A stretch of 64,000 bases of DNA from an uncultured Alphaproteobacteria bacterium. GTDB lineage: Bacteria; Pseudomonadota; Alphaproteobacteria; Rhizobiales; Kaistiaceae. This document shows positions 44,601 through 53,612 of the stretch, in pieces. Under the pieces are notes generated by a model. It had not been told where the DNA came from and did not search any database. It saw only the letters and a program-made list of their open reading frames with translations. Numbering within the stretch: position 1 is the first letter of the stretch; the number at the start of each line of letters is the position of its first letter. The translations under genes were made by a program, and so were the position numbers. The stretch lies in contig CAWHLM010000018.1 of the NCBI GenBank assembly GCA_963830215.1, positions 28,221 to 92,220 of the forward strand, in the 5' to 3' direction.

Positions 44601-45175
44601 ACAGGCGCGGTGGCCCCCTGCGCTCCGGCGACCACCTGCGGTCCGCTACCGCCGGATGGTGCAGTGGATGGCGCCGCCACGGCCGGCGGTGATGCCGCCG
44701 CCACCGTCGCGCCGAGCAGCACGCGACCGTCGCTGGTGCGCACAAAGGATATCTGCGGCGCATTGAATTCGACCGACCGGATGTCGACGCGCAGTCGCAG
44801 CAGCGAATAGGGATCGACGACGAAGCGCGTCTCCGGAACGTCGGCGACCACATCGTCCTTGTCGTCGCGCACGACGATATCGTCGACGCGGACGACGAGC
44901 CCGAGCACGGGATCGGTGTCGATCACCGCCCGCTTGATGGCGACCGTATAACCGGGGCCGAGGTTGGAACGCAGCGACGCCGCGATCTGGTCGCGGACGA
45001 AGCCGAAATCGGTCCGGCCGACGAGCGCCAGCAGGATCCCACCGACGGCCACGACGATGAAAAGAACAACCAGGATCACCAGGGCGCGAACGGCGAGGCG
45101 AAGCCATGCGCCCGGCGTGTTGCGCCGCCGCAGCGGCCGCGCGGTTGCGGTCGGGGAGAATATCTTCAGGCGCAT
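41648..45175 (-). CDS. Large AsmA/YhdP-like (DUF3971-type) envelope protein
   Basis: Part of ORF 41648..45319, from the ATG at 45175. N-terminal TM anchor (LVILVVLFIVVAVGGILLALV) and ~1150 aa of beta-rich sequence. The family call rests on architecture only. Confidence 0.6.
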   Translation of the reverse strand: MRLKIFSPTATARPLRRRNTPGAWLRLAVRALVILVVLFIVVAVGGILLALVGRTDFGFVRDQIAASLRSNLGPGYTVAIKRAVIDTDPVLGLVVRVDDIVVRDDKDDVVADVPETRFVVDPYSLLRLRVDIRSVEFNAPQISFVRTSDGRVLLGATVAAASPPAVAAPSTAPSGGSGPQVVAGAQGATAPVAVPAPATDPSAAGSADSPTPAAAAEAAQVFPDLVSALKILDRGIEPPINAATASGFQRLSVVNGTISVWDAGEDRQRRFSSTDLSVNLDPQTSALTVNFATSGYSGRWQATIERDLDANSGGHAVSAVFSQLTLADVIPAFGDDKGLFVADVPLYGRASMHINADGDVEDASARIDVGAGTLRFREDLTAKQESVLLDEATVRLHWDIPNKAIIVDPSTFFFGNTRGLVTGTIKPDGDPAAGRYAFDFESPGTVMAPSDSGAPPMVAQRISLSGTVDLRARTLSVSNAVIVTSDGSVAAAGRLGFEPGKTPSLALAASFSPMPVSTLKTIWIPFIAPAARHWVMEHIISGQLTEGNYEASVPAGVLWNKPVQLSEKAMRLDMQLKNVTFTTVGKVPAITNASGNVVLSGSTFGVDVTSGEVKVPAGTVKVEAAAFAIPNVAKRPSDGIVEFQLAGSVAAIAQIADSDPINALSQRDMSPTDLSGTADASLSVRFPLREQIDEADVDWKVVAKIKNAASKKPIDGRMLSNADVTLTIVPDDVTVYGKAKIDGVPADVSMSLPTTDGGVAPKPGERQIRLVLDDAARKKLGVGLEDVLSGTITATVTDGQARGQHYELDLKRARVVLQGIGWSKGIGVPATLSFDLVKTTDGQSVENLVLEGDGFGLTGSAKLDSSLNLISADIDNLSLHPGDSISLKLTRSDAGYAISARGAAFDMRGLLTQIRDRNEQAGGFPDIAVDAHVDKLIGFNQEAVTGASVTLVSVGGETQKLNFVGKIAGSDVAIDYAVGASGTRLNASAGDAGNLLRFIDIYTHVDGGTITLNGQGAPNGPMVGTMQVLDFNVLNEPALAKVGVGRNASGGGRDGFDPTRVHFDGMVARFSKTQRAIVIEDALLRGAALGATFSGRYDLPSASIAISGTYLPAYAFNNLFSRIPIIGVIAGGGLTEGLIGVTFKVEGPIAGPRVFFNPLSAVAPGIFRKIFEFQP

Positions 45176-45404
45176 TGTTCGGAGCGTCGATCCCTCCCGA
45201 CCCGGCGTTAGCGCCGGCCCGTGATTCCTGACAGGTTTTCGCCCCTTTGTACCAAGAAGCTCGACGATGGCGACACTCCCTCGGCCAGCCGCGGCTTGTC
45301 GATGCCGCATCGGCGGCAATATAAGCTCGCGTCTGGCAGTGCCGCCGGCTTACCAGCCCGTGGTACGTCCTTGAAGCCAGTCAAGTGCGACGAAAGGAAG
45401 GCGA

Positions 45405-45872
45405 ATGGCGGATTTGGCCGAGGGAGACGAGGCTCCGGAGATCATCCTGGAGGCCGATGACGGCAGTCGGTTCAGCCTTGCCGATCACAAGGGCGGCAAG
45501 GTGGTGGTGTATTTCTATCCGAAGGACGACACTCAGGGTTGCACCATCGAGGCGATCGATTTCACCAAGGCGGCGCCGGCCTTCGCCAAGGCGGGCACCA
45601 AGGTGGTGGGCATCTCGCCGGACACCGTCGCCTCGCACTGCAAGTTCCGCGACAAGCACAGCCTGGCGATCACGCTTGCCGCCGATCCGGAACACAAGGC
45701 CATCGACGCCTATGGAGTGTGGGCCGAGAAATCGATGTACGGCCGCAAGTACATGGGCGTCGAACGGTCCACCTTTCTGATCGGGGTCGACGGGCGCGTC
45801 GCGCGGGCCTGGCGGCAGGTCAAGGTGCCGGGTCACGTCGAGCAGGTGCTGGCGGCTGCCGAGGCTCTGTAG
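45405..45872 (+). CDS. bcp: Thioredoxin-dependent thiol peroxidase (Bcp peroxiredoxin)
   Basis: ORF 45405..45872. Motif YFYPKDDTQGCT. GGAAGG upstream. Confidence 0.9.
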   Translation: MADLAEGDEAPEIILEADDGSRFSLADHKGGKVVVYFYPKDDTQGCTIEAIDFTKAAPAFAKAGTKVVGISPDTVASHCKFRDKHSLAITLAADPEHKAIDAYGVWAEKSMYGRKYMGVERSTFLIGVDGRVARAWRQVKVPGHVEQVLAAAEAL

Positions 45873-46016
45873 AGCCCTGTGCAGGCGGCCGGAATCGATC
45901 GTTTCGGCCGAAAAAGCCTCTGGCGTTCGCCGCCTCTTTGCCTCATTCTCGCGCTCAAACCTAATCCCGGTGATGGGCAGGTCGTTGTTGCGGCGACGTG
46001 TCCAACATTTTCGCGG

Positions 46017-46691
46017 ATGGAGTCGGATGTGTCTGAATCATTGATGAGAACTGGGGCGATTTCGTCCTTAGGAATCGCCCTTGGCATGGTTGTGGCCGCG
46101 CTGGCAACGGGAGCGCTGGCCGAGACCGCGCCTGCCCCCTCCGACAAGGGGCAACCGGCCCGCGCTGTCGCTCCGACCCAGTGGGTGAAGGTTTGCGATC
46201 CGAACAATGCGCAGCTGTGCCAGGTCACCGAGGACTATGCCCTGGCCGGTGGCAACTCGTTGATCGGAAGCGTTTCGATCCAGACATCCAACGACCCGAA
46301 AAAGTTTTCCGTCGGCATCCAGGTTCCCATTGGCTTCCTGCTGCAGAAGGGCATTCCGCTTAGCGTGGACGGGGCCAAGAAGGCGACCGCGCCGTTCATA
46401 ACCTGCCTGTCTTCGCCGCAGGGCCCTGCGTATTTCTGCATAGCCCAGACGCAGGTCGATGGCAGCTTCGTCGATACCCTCAGGAAGGGGAAGTCGCTGG
46501 ACCTGGACTTGTACACCATGGACAAGACCAGCACGAAGCTGTCCTTCCCGCTCGAGACCTTCGCCTCGGCGCTCGATGGCCCGGACCAGGCTGCGCTCGC
46601 GCGGCAACGGGAGGACGCCGCCAAGATTCTGGCCGAGAAGGCCAAGGAACGGGCGAAGCAGCTCGAGGGTCAGCAGCCCACCAAGCCATAG
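46017..46691 (+). CDS. ialB: Invasion-associated locus B (IalB) family protein
   Basis: Part of ORF 45879..46691. Signal peptide, then IalB-like core (WVKVCDPNN...LCQV, YFCIAQ). Start uncertain: ATG at 46017 or 46044. Confidence 0.7.
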   Translation: MESDVSESLMRTGAISSLGIALGMVVAALATGALAETAPAPSDKGQPARAVAPTQWVKVCDPNNAQLCQVTEDYALAGGNSLIGSVSIQTSNDPKKFSVGIQVPIGFLLQKGIPLSVDGAKKATAPFITCLSSPQGPAYFCIAQTQVDGSFVDTLRKGKSLDLDLYTMDKTSTKLSFPLETFASALDGPDQAALARQREDAAKILAEKAKERAKQLEGQQPTKP

Positions 46692-46903
46692 GCCTTCGTT
46701 CGCGGAGGCAGTGCCGAAGGCGGCGGTGGACCGTACCAGGGCCGCCGAAGCACGCGTTGGCAGCGCCTGGCCGTGCGGCCACGCCCCCATTCGGCGGCCC
46801 TGCGGGCTTTCACGGCTGCCAGCCAAGATTTTGTTAACCTTAATGCTTTCTAATCGAACGCCACGATTGCCTTGCGTGTTCCTGCAACCATCGGTGCGTT
46901 CCT

Positions 46904-48189
46904 ATGCCTGTTGCCCCTCCCCGACGCTCGACGTCCTTCGCCAAGCGCAAGCCGCCGCATCGCATCATCATTGCCCGCGGCGGCGAGGTCAGGACCTTCA
47001 CGCTCAGGCCCTGGCTGGCTGGTACCGTCATCGTCGCCACCGCCCTCTTCGGCAGCCTCTACCTCGCTGCCACCGGCTACCTCTTCTTCCGCGACGACAT
47101 CCTCAAGGATTCGATCGCGCAGCAGACGCGCATGAAGCAGGCCTATGAGGACCGCATCGCAACGCTGAGGTCAGACATCGACCGGCTGACCAGCCGTCAA
47201 CTCCTCAACCAGCAGCAGATCCTGGCGGACGTCCAACGGCTCTCCGGCCGGCAGGCGGCGCTCGATGCCCGTCAGGACGTCATCGCCGGCCTGAGCCAGG
47301 CGGCGCGGCGGGTCGGGATCGCACCCGCCGGCAACGAAGCCGCCGCGCCCGACGCCGCACCGGCCAGCCGACAAGGCCGCCGCTGCCGGCGCGCCGTCCG
47401 CGGCCGGCGTAAAGTCGCCGCTCGCCGACGCCACCATCCGCTCCGCCACGCCCGACGCCGCGGGCGATCCGCTGAAACGTATCAGCTCCGTCGAAAGCTC
47501 GCTCGAATTCGCTGGCGCGCGAGCAGATTGCCTATGTCGACGACGTCGCCACGCGGGTGAAGCAGCGCTCGCAGAAGATCGCCGCCGTTCTCCGCCGCCT
47601 TGGCCAGAACGTGCCGCCCAGCGAGTTTGCCAGCGGCGGCGGCGACGACGACGGCGTTGGCGGCCCGCTGGTTGCGCTCGCGCCCAATGCCGATCCCGCC
47701 ACCTTTCGCTCCGGCGTTTCGCTGATCACCGGCGAGGTCGAGCGCTTCGGCACGCTGCGCCGCATCGCCCTCAGGCTGCCGCTGACCCGACCGATCGCCG
47801 GCGCGCCGATCACCAGCCGCTTCGGCGTGCGCATCGATCCGTTCCTGGGCACGCCGGCCATGCACACCGGCATCGATTTCCGCGCACCGACCGGCTATCC
47901 GGCCCGCGCCACCGCCGATGGAACCGTGACCATCGCCGGCTACAACGGCGGCTACGGCAACATGGTCGAGGTCGACCACGGCAATGGCATCACCACCCGC
48001 TACGGCCACCTCAGCAAGATCGAGGTGACCGTCGGACAGGTGGTCTCCAAGGGCACCGTGCTCGGGCGCACCGGCTCGACCGGCCGGTCCACCGGCCCTC
48101 ACCTTCACTATGAGGTCCGGGTCGACGGCGACGCCATCGACCCGATGAAGTATATCAAGGCCGGCAGCGAGATCGCCGCGCTGCTGTAG
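46904..48189 (+). pseudogene. M23 (LytM-type) metallopeptidase, reading frame broken twice in the linker region
   Basis: N-terminal TM and coiled-coil part in ORF 46904..47560. Plausible linker (ADKAAAAGAPSAAGVKSPLADATIRSATPDAAGDPLKRISSVESSLE) in a second frame. Catalytic domain (HTGIDF, GNGITTRYGHL, GPHLHYEV) in ORF 47557..48189. Shifts lie near 47360-47372 and 47506-47510. Confidence 0.7.
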
Positions 48190-48202
48190 GCGCCCTGCCC
48201 GC

Positions 48203-48781
48203 TCAGGCCGCGGCGGCCTGCTTCTCGGCGCGCACGCCCTGCATCGCCCGGCTCCACGCAACAAGCTGGTCGAGCAGGACGCCGAGCTGCTGCACGTGTC
48301 TCGGATCCGGCTTCAGGACGCTCCAGTTCTCGAAATCCGTGTACATCGACATCGAGACGTGGGCGCGCACGTCGGCGACCTGGACTTCCGCCATGATGCC
48401 GCGCAGGTGCTCCACGGCGCGCGCACCGCCGGTCGAGCCATAGCTGACGAAGCCCGCGGCCTTGTTGTTCCATTCGCGATAAATGAAATCGATGGCGTTC
48501 TTCAGGGCCCCGGAAATGCTGTGGTTGTATTCCGGCGTGACGAAGACGAAACCGTCATAGGAGGCGATCGTCTCGCTCCAGCGTTTGGTGTGCTCGTGGG
48601 CATAATTGCCCATCGACGGCGGCATCGGCTCGTCGAGCACCGGCAGGTCGAAATCGGCGATGTCGACGATCTCGTAGGTCGCGTCGCCGCGCTTCCTGGC
48701 GAGATCGAGCACCCATTGCGCCACCTGCGGCGACGAGCGGTTGGGCCGGGTGCTGCCGACGATGATGGCAATCCTGAGCAT
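48203..48781 (-). CDS. NAD(P)H-dependent FMN reductase family protein
   Basis: 192-aa part of ORF 48203..49084, from the ATG at 48781. Motifs IVGSTRPNR and FVTPEYNHSISGALKNAID. Confidence 0.85.
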   Translation of the reverse strand: MLRIAIIVGSTRPNRSSPQVAQWVLDLARKRGDATYEIVDIADFDLPVLDEPMPPSMGNYAHEHTKRWSETIASYDGFVFVTPEYNHSISGALKNAIDFIYREWNNKAAGFVSYGSTGGARAVEHLRGIMAEVQVADVRAHVSMSMYTDFENWSVLKPDPRHVQQLGVLLDQLVAWSRAMQGVRAEKQAAAA

Positions 48782-48869
48782 GTGACAAAATCCCCTGACT
48801 GGTGGTATAGAACAGTGACTGACGCTAGATAAGTGACCTACTCGTGCCCGAAAACAAGGAGGCACCTTT

Positions 48870-49259
48870 TTGAAACAAGGTTCCCTGCACCAGACCGAGC
48901 CCTGCCGGCGGATCAGCGACATCCTTTCGCGCATCGGCGACAAATGGAGCCTGCTGGTCATCAGGCAGCTCGGCGACGGCCCCCTGCGTTTCAGCCAGAT
49001 CAAGCGCAGCCTCGGCAGCATCTCGCAGAAGATGCTCACCGCGACGCTGCGCGGGCTCGAGCGCGACGGCTTCGTCAGCCGCACGGTGTTCCCGACCGTG
49101 CCGCCGCGCGTCGACTACGAGCTGACGCCGCTCGGCCACGACCTGCTCAATCCAGTCCGCGAACTGGGCGACTGGGCGCTGGCGAACGCCGAGCGCATCG
49201 AACGCGCCCGCAAGCGCTACGACGAGGTTGCAACCAGGCAGGATTCGGCGGCCGCCTGA
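48870..49259 (+). CDS. HxlR family transcriptional regulator
   Basis: ORF 48870..49259, TTG start 7 nt after AAGGAGG. Motifs IGDKWSLLVIRQL and RVDYELTPLG. Divergent from the FMN reductase gene. Confidence 0.85.
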   Translation: MKQGSLHQTEPCRRISDILSRIGDKWSLLVIRQLGDGPLRFSQIKRSLGSISQKMLTATLRGLERDGFVSRTVFPTVPPRVDYELTPLGHDLLNPVRELGDWALANAERIERARKRYDEVATRQDSAAA

Positions 49260-49327
49260 GGCCGCGGCGCTCGTTTCCGCGCGGCATGCTGCCGCGGCGC
49301 ATCAGATGGTGAAGGGGGAGGATCGCG

Positions 49328-50131
49328 ATGAGCGGCGCACCGCAGCCCAGGACTTTGGAAGTGCATGGGCGCCTGTGGGGCGCACAGGCGAGGGACTGGG
49401 CCGATTTTATGGAAGGAACCTGCCGCCCGGTTTTCCAGGCCGCACTCGATCGCACCGGCGTCGGACCGGGAAGCCGCTATCTCGATGTCGGTTGCGGCAG
49501 CGGCATGGCGGCGGGCATGGCCGCCGCCCGTGGAGCGGAGGTATACGGGGTGGACGCCGCAGAGGGCATGCTGGCGATCGCGCGCGAGCGCGTGACAAAC
49601 GGCAACTTCCGCTTGGGCGATCTGGAGGACTTGCCGTTTGCGGATGGCACCTTCGATGTGGTGACCGGCATCAACGCGTTTCAATATGCCGGCAACCCAG
49701 TCGCGGCGCTCAGTGAGGCCGGTCGTGTCGCCAAGCGCGACGGCCGCGTCGTGGTGGCGGCCTTTGGCAATCCCGAAGGTATGGGCGTGGCCACCCTGAT
49801 CGGTGCGCTGGCGCCGCTGTTGCCGCCCCGGCCGCCGGGAACGCCGGGACCGTTCGCGCTGTCCGACGAAAACGCCTTGCGCAGCTTCGCAACCGAAGCC
49901 GGGCTGGAGCCAATCGAGGTGTTCGACGTCGACAGCCCGTGGATCTATGCCGACGAAACGGCGGCCATGCGTGGCCTGACCTCGACCGGCAATGCCGTCA
50001 GGGCAATGGAACACAGCGGTGCGGAGGCCGTTGCCGAAATGTATTCCCGGGTGCTGGTGCCGTTTCGCCAACCCGACGGCAGCTATCGCGCGAGCGCCTG
50101 GTTCCGCTGCCTGCTGGCGCGGCCACGCTGA
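49328..50131 (+). CDS. Class I SAM-dependent methyltransferase
   Basis: ORF 49328..50131. SAM motif I YLDVGCGSGMAA and post-I GVDAAEGML. Confidence 0.85.
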   Translation: MSGAPQPRTLEVHGRLWGAQARDWADFMEGTCRPVFQAALDRTGVGPGSRYLDVGCGSGMAAGMAAARGAEVYGVDAAEGMLAIARERVTNGNFRLGDLEDLPFADGTFDVVTGINAFQYAGNPVAALSEAGRVAKRDGRVVVAAFGNPEGMGVATLIGALAPLLPPRPPGTPGPFALSDENALRSFATEAGLEPIEVFDVDSPWIYADETAAMRGLTSTGNAVRAMEHSGAEAVAEMYSRVLVPFRQPDGSYRASAWFRCLLARPR

Positions 50132-50207
50132 CAGGGCGCGATCGCAGCACTGGTCGGAGGCTAAACAACGCCGAACGCATCGAGCGCGCCCGCAAGCCGC
50201 CTACCCG

Positions 50208-51328
50208 CTAGTCCGCCGCCTTGTTGTCGGCGCCCACGCGGTGGGCGAGCGCGGCCTCCATGAAGGGCAGGAGCGCGCCGTTGAGCACGTCCTGCGGGCT
50301 GGTGCTCTCCACGCCGGTCCTGAGGTCCTTCACCAGCTGATAGGGCTGCAGGACGTAGGAGCGGATCTGGTGGCCCCAGCCGATGTCGGTCTTCGACGCC
50401 GAACTCGGCGGCGGCCGCCGCCTCGCGCTTCTCGAGTTCGACCTCATAGAGCCGGGCGCGCAGCATCTTCCACGCCGTGGCGCGGTTCTTGTGCTGCGAG
50501 CGCTCGCTCTGGCAGGCCACGGCGATCCCGGTCGGAATGTGAGTCAGGCGCACCGCCGAGTCGGTGGTGTTGATGTGCTGGCCGCCCTTGCCCGACGCAC
50601 GGTAGGTGTCGGTGCGCACGTCTTCGTCCTTGATGTCGACCACGATGGTATCGTCGACCACCGGATAGACCCAGACGCTGGCGAACGAGGTGTGCCGGCG
50701 CGCGGCGCTGTCGAAGGGCGAGATGCGCACCAGCCGGTGGACGCCGGATTCGGTCTTCAGCCAGCCATAGGCGCTGGGGCCGGTCACCTGCAGCGTCGCC
50801 GACTTGATGCCAGCCTCTTCGCCGTCGTGGATTTCAAGGATCTCGGCCTTGTAGCCGCTTTGCTCGGCCCAGCGCGTATACATGCGCAAGAGCATCTGGG
50901 CCCAGTCCTGGCTCTCGGTGCCCCCTGCCCCGGCATGGACTTCGAGGAAGGCGTCGAGGTGGTCGGCCTCGCCGGAGAGCATCGACTCCACCTGGCGGTG
51001 TTGCGCCTCGGCATTGAGCGCGCGGAGCGCTGCTTCCGCGTCGGCCACTACCGCCTTGTCGCCCTCAGCCTCGCCGAGTTCGATCATCTCCGTCTGCTCG
51101 GCGAGTTCGCGCTCCATGTGCTCGACCGCGCCGATCTGGCTTTCCAGATGCTGGCGCTCGCGCATCATCGTCTGCGCGCGCTCGGCGTCGTTCCACAGAT
51201 TGGGGTCTTCGGCCGCCGCGTTCAGTTCCGACAGGCGGGCCTTGGCGCGATCCCAGTCAAAGATGCCTCCTCAGCAGGTCGATCGCCTGCTTGATCTCAT
51301 CGGCAATGGTTTCGATCTCGGGACGCAT
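50208..51328 (-). CDS. prfB: Peptide chain release factor 2 (programmed +1 frameshift at codon 24, plus an unexpected second frameshift near 50399)
   Basis: ATG at 51328 ([26 protein letters not shown]), then +1 into the frame of ORF 50161..51168 (SPF and GGQ motifs present). The conserved C-terminus ([28 protein letters not shown]) lies in a third frame, ORF 50208..50447. Confidence 0.88.
51256..51271 (-). promoter_or_regulatory. prfB: prfB autoregulatory +1 frameshift site (AGGAGG-CAU-CUU-UGA-C)
   Basis: The coding strand reads aggaggcatctttgac: internal SD-like AGGAGG, slippery CUU, in-frame UGA followed by C. Confidence 0.9.
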
Positions 51329-51614
51329 TCTCTCACCGGGGCTGGGTTCAATGCCGCCTAGTTAGTGACAGAGAGAGCGCCTGTAAACCCGTGGTGGCGT
51401 GCAGCGGGCGGTTGCATCCCCCTGCGCGCAAGCGTCGCCGCATCGGCTCGTGGCGCGCGGTGATATGATCCAGGAAACAAAAGGTTTTCGGCAGCGAGTT
51501 GGGGTGACGGTTGCCGGAAGTCGTGAACGCCGGCGAAAGCCGGGACTATCGCGTACGGCGCTCGGCGACCGGCAGATCCGTCTTCTTCGACCAGCCTCGG
51601 GAGGAGAACGGACC

Positions 51615-52874
51615 ATGCATTGCGCCGGAACGACAACAATAAGGCAGCGCATTGCCCGCGGATGGATATTCCTCGTCCGCGTCGCGATCATCGTGATGGC
51701 GGCGGGCTTGGCCCTGCTGGCGGGGCCCTCGTCGCGTGCCCAGGTCGCTACCGGGCCCGACCAGGGGATTGCTGGATATTGGGACTGGGGCGCCGGGGCA
51801 CCAGGCAACATCGTGACCATCTGGGGCAACGGGACCGGGCGCGGCGGCGAAGGCAACGCGCTGACGTGGACGCTGGTCGATCAAATCGCCCGCCAGTACC
51901 GGCTCCAGTGGAGCAACGGCTTCACCGACATGGCAACGCTCTCCGTCGACGGCAGCAAGCTGCTCGTTGTCAACAACCAGGGCGTCCGTTTCGTCTCGAC
52001 GCGCCATCCCGGCACCTCTTCTGCAAATCCGAACCCACCTCCGCCGACACCGGGAGGCGCGCAGCCGGGCGGTGCCGTCGCCGGCGGCCCCCTGCCAACC
52101 GGCGCCAATCAGGGAATCGCCGGGGAGTGGGACTGGGGCGCCGGCGGCGGCGGCAACGTGGTCGTCATCTGGGGCAACGGAACAGGTCGCGACAGTGCTG
52201 GCCACACCATGCAATGGCAGCTGCTCGACCCGGTGACCCGCCGCTACCGGCTCACCTGGAGCCATGGCTTCGTCGACGAGGGTGAGCTGACTGTGGATGG
52301 GCAGAAGATTCTACTCGTCAACAATGTCGGCACTCGCTTCATTGGTACGCGGCGCGCCGCGTCCAGCGGCGCAGGGGATGTCGCCGGTGGGCCGACGCCG
52401 CCTCCACCGCCGCCGCCAGCAGCCGGCGGAACGGAGCCCGATGGCGGCTCGGCAGGTGGTCCTCTGCCGGCTGGCCGCGACAGCTTCGATTTAACCTCGA
52501 TCCTGCATGGCGATCCGTTCAATGGCGGAGAATGGGCCAACGCCAATGGCGGCCTAGCAACTGCGCAGCGCTACATGATGCCGCCGGTTTGCATCAACGG
52601 CTTTTCGCTGGAGAGCGCCGGATCGGATATGAGTACGCGTGGAGCGACGATCAGGATCGAACTGATCGACCCCTATGGCGGCCGCTTCAGCGCCCTCGAC
52701 CTGCGCGGCGTGGCCGTCAATCGCGGCTTCTCACCCGGTGGTTCAGGAAAGGTCGTGCCACCGCAGAGCGCCACATTTAGGCCCTTCCGAACCAGTCGCA
52801 TCGAGGTCGAGATGCGGGGACACGGCTGGTTCCTGATGAAGGGACTGAGGTTCAGCGTGGTGCGGTGCCCGTAA
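51615..52874 (+). CDS. Novel secreted/anchored protein with two ~81-aa internal repeats, Pro/Gly linkers and a distinct C-terminal domain
   Basis: Internal ATG of ORF 51399..52874, preceded by GGGAGGAG. N-terminal hydrophobic segment. Repeats at aa 50-130 and 166-246 are 49/81 identical by hand alignment. Confidence 0.7.
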   Translation: MHCAGTTTIRQRIARGWIFLVRVAIIVMAAGLALLAGPSSRAQVATGPDQGIAGYWDWGAGAPGNIVTIWGNGTGRGGEGNALTWTLVDQIARQYRLQWSNGFTDMATLSVDGSKLLVVNNQGVRFVSTRHPGTSSANPNPPPPTPGGAQPGGAVAGGPLPTGANQGIAGEWDWGAGGGGNVVVIWGNGTGRDSAGHTMQWQLLDPVTRRYRLTWSHGFVDEGELTVDGQKILLVNNVGTRFIGTRRAASSGAGDVAGGPTPPPPPPPAAGGTEPDGGSAGGPLPAGRDSFDLTSILHGDPFNGGEWANANGGLATAQRYMMPPVCINGFSLESAGSDMSTRGATIRIELIDPYGGRFSALDLRGVAVNRGFSPGGSGKVVPPQSATFRPFRTSRIEVEMRGHGWFLMKGLRFSVVRCP

Positions 52875-52981
52875 TGGTCTCCATCGGCCGGCGGCCGGGG
52901 ACGCGCTAGCCGGATCGTCGGGGCCCCGATCTTGGGACCCGGCCACGCCGCGCGGGTGGTGGTGCGCTGTGAGTGCCCGCC

Positions 52982-53434
52982 TCAGCGGTTCTGCTGTCCC
53001 GGCCCCGCCGGCTTGCCCAGCGCGCCGGCAGGAAGCTCCGGCATCGGCATGGGCCTGGCCGAGCGCATGCGCTCGGGCGTCCAATAGTCGCCGGCCTTGT
53101 CATTGCCTGGGGCCATCTGGGCGCCGATCGGCGCATAGCCGTCGGCCGCCAGCACGACCGCAGCCGTGTTGTCCTGCGGGCCGGACTGGCTTCCGGAACG
53201 GAAACGCCCAGAGGCTGCACGCACCGCCGCCGGGTCGACCTGCGGGGCCAGCTTCGGCTGTGCCATGGCCTGGCGTTCTTGCGTCCACGGCATCGCCGCG
53301 CGCGCTCCGGCCGAGATCTGGCCGGAGACGGGAACGGCAAGCGGATCGATCTCGGTGCCCATCGTTTCGGCGCCGGCCGTCCCGCACAGCATGACAAGCA
53401 CCGTCGCTGCGACGGCGATACGGGGTGCGTTCAT
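52982..53434 (-). CDS. Small secreted protein carrying two copies of the protease N-terminal HWTPE-type motif, no catalytic domain
   Basis: Part of ORF 52982..53467, from the ATG at 53434, with GAGG upstream. Signal peptide MNAPRIAVAATVLVMLCGTAGA. Motifs PWTQERQAMAQPKLAPQVDPAAV and DYWTPERMRSARPMPMP. Confidence 0.6.
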   Translation of the reverse strand: MNAPRIAVAATVLVMLCGTAGAETMGTEIDPLAVPVSGQISAGARAAMPWTQERQAMAQPKLAPQVDPAAVRAASGRFRSGSQSGPQDNTAAVVLAADGYAPIGAQMAPGNDKAGDYWTPERMRSARPMPMPELPAGALGKPAGPGQQNR

Positions 53435-53554
53435 CTCGACCTCTGCTCTGTCCAATGTCTCTTGCAATCAGGCGTCGTCAAGCATTGCCGTCCAAAGGTG
53501 GCACCATTCAGGTGTCGCCGCGGCGTTTTCGCGGGTTTCCGGAGAGGGCCGCCT

Positions 53555-53588
53555 CAAGAAAAAGGCCACGGGCATGTGCCCGTGGCCT
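53555..53588 (-). terminator. Rho-independent terminator downstream of the pseudo-peptidase gene
   Basis: The minus strand reads AGGCCACGGGCA-CA-TGCCCGTGGCCT followed by TTTTTCTT. Confidence 0.75.
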
Positions 53589-53612
53589 CGGTTTCGTCGG
53601 TCGGCCGGACGG

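Noticed and set aside
46834-46855. AT-rich patch with TTAA-N7-TAAT upstream of the M23 peptidase gene (possible CtrA box)
   Set aside because: Only one half-site matches the TTAA-N7-TTAAC consensus, which is too weak to call by eye without a matrix and conservation.
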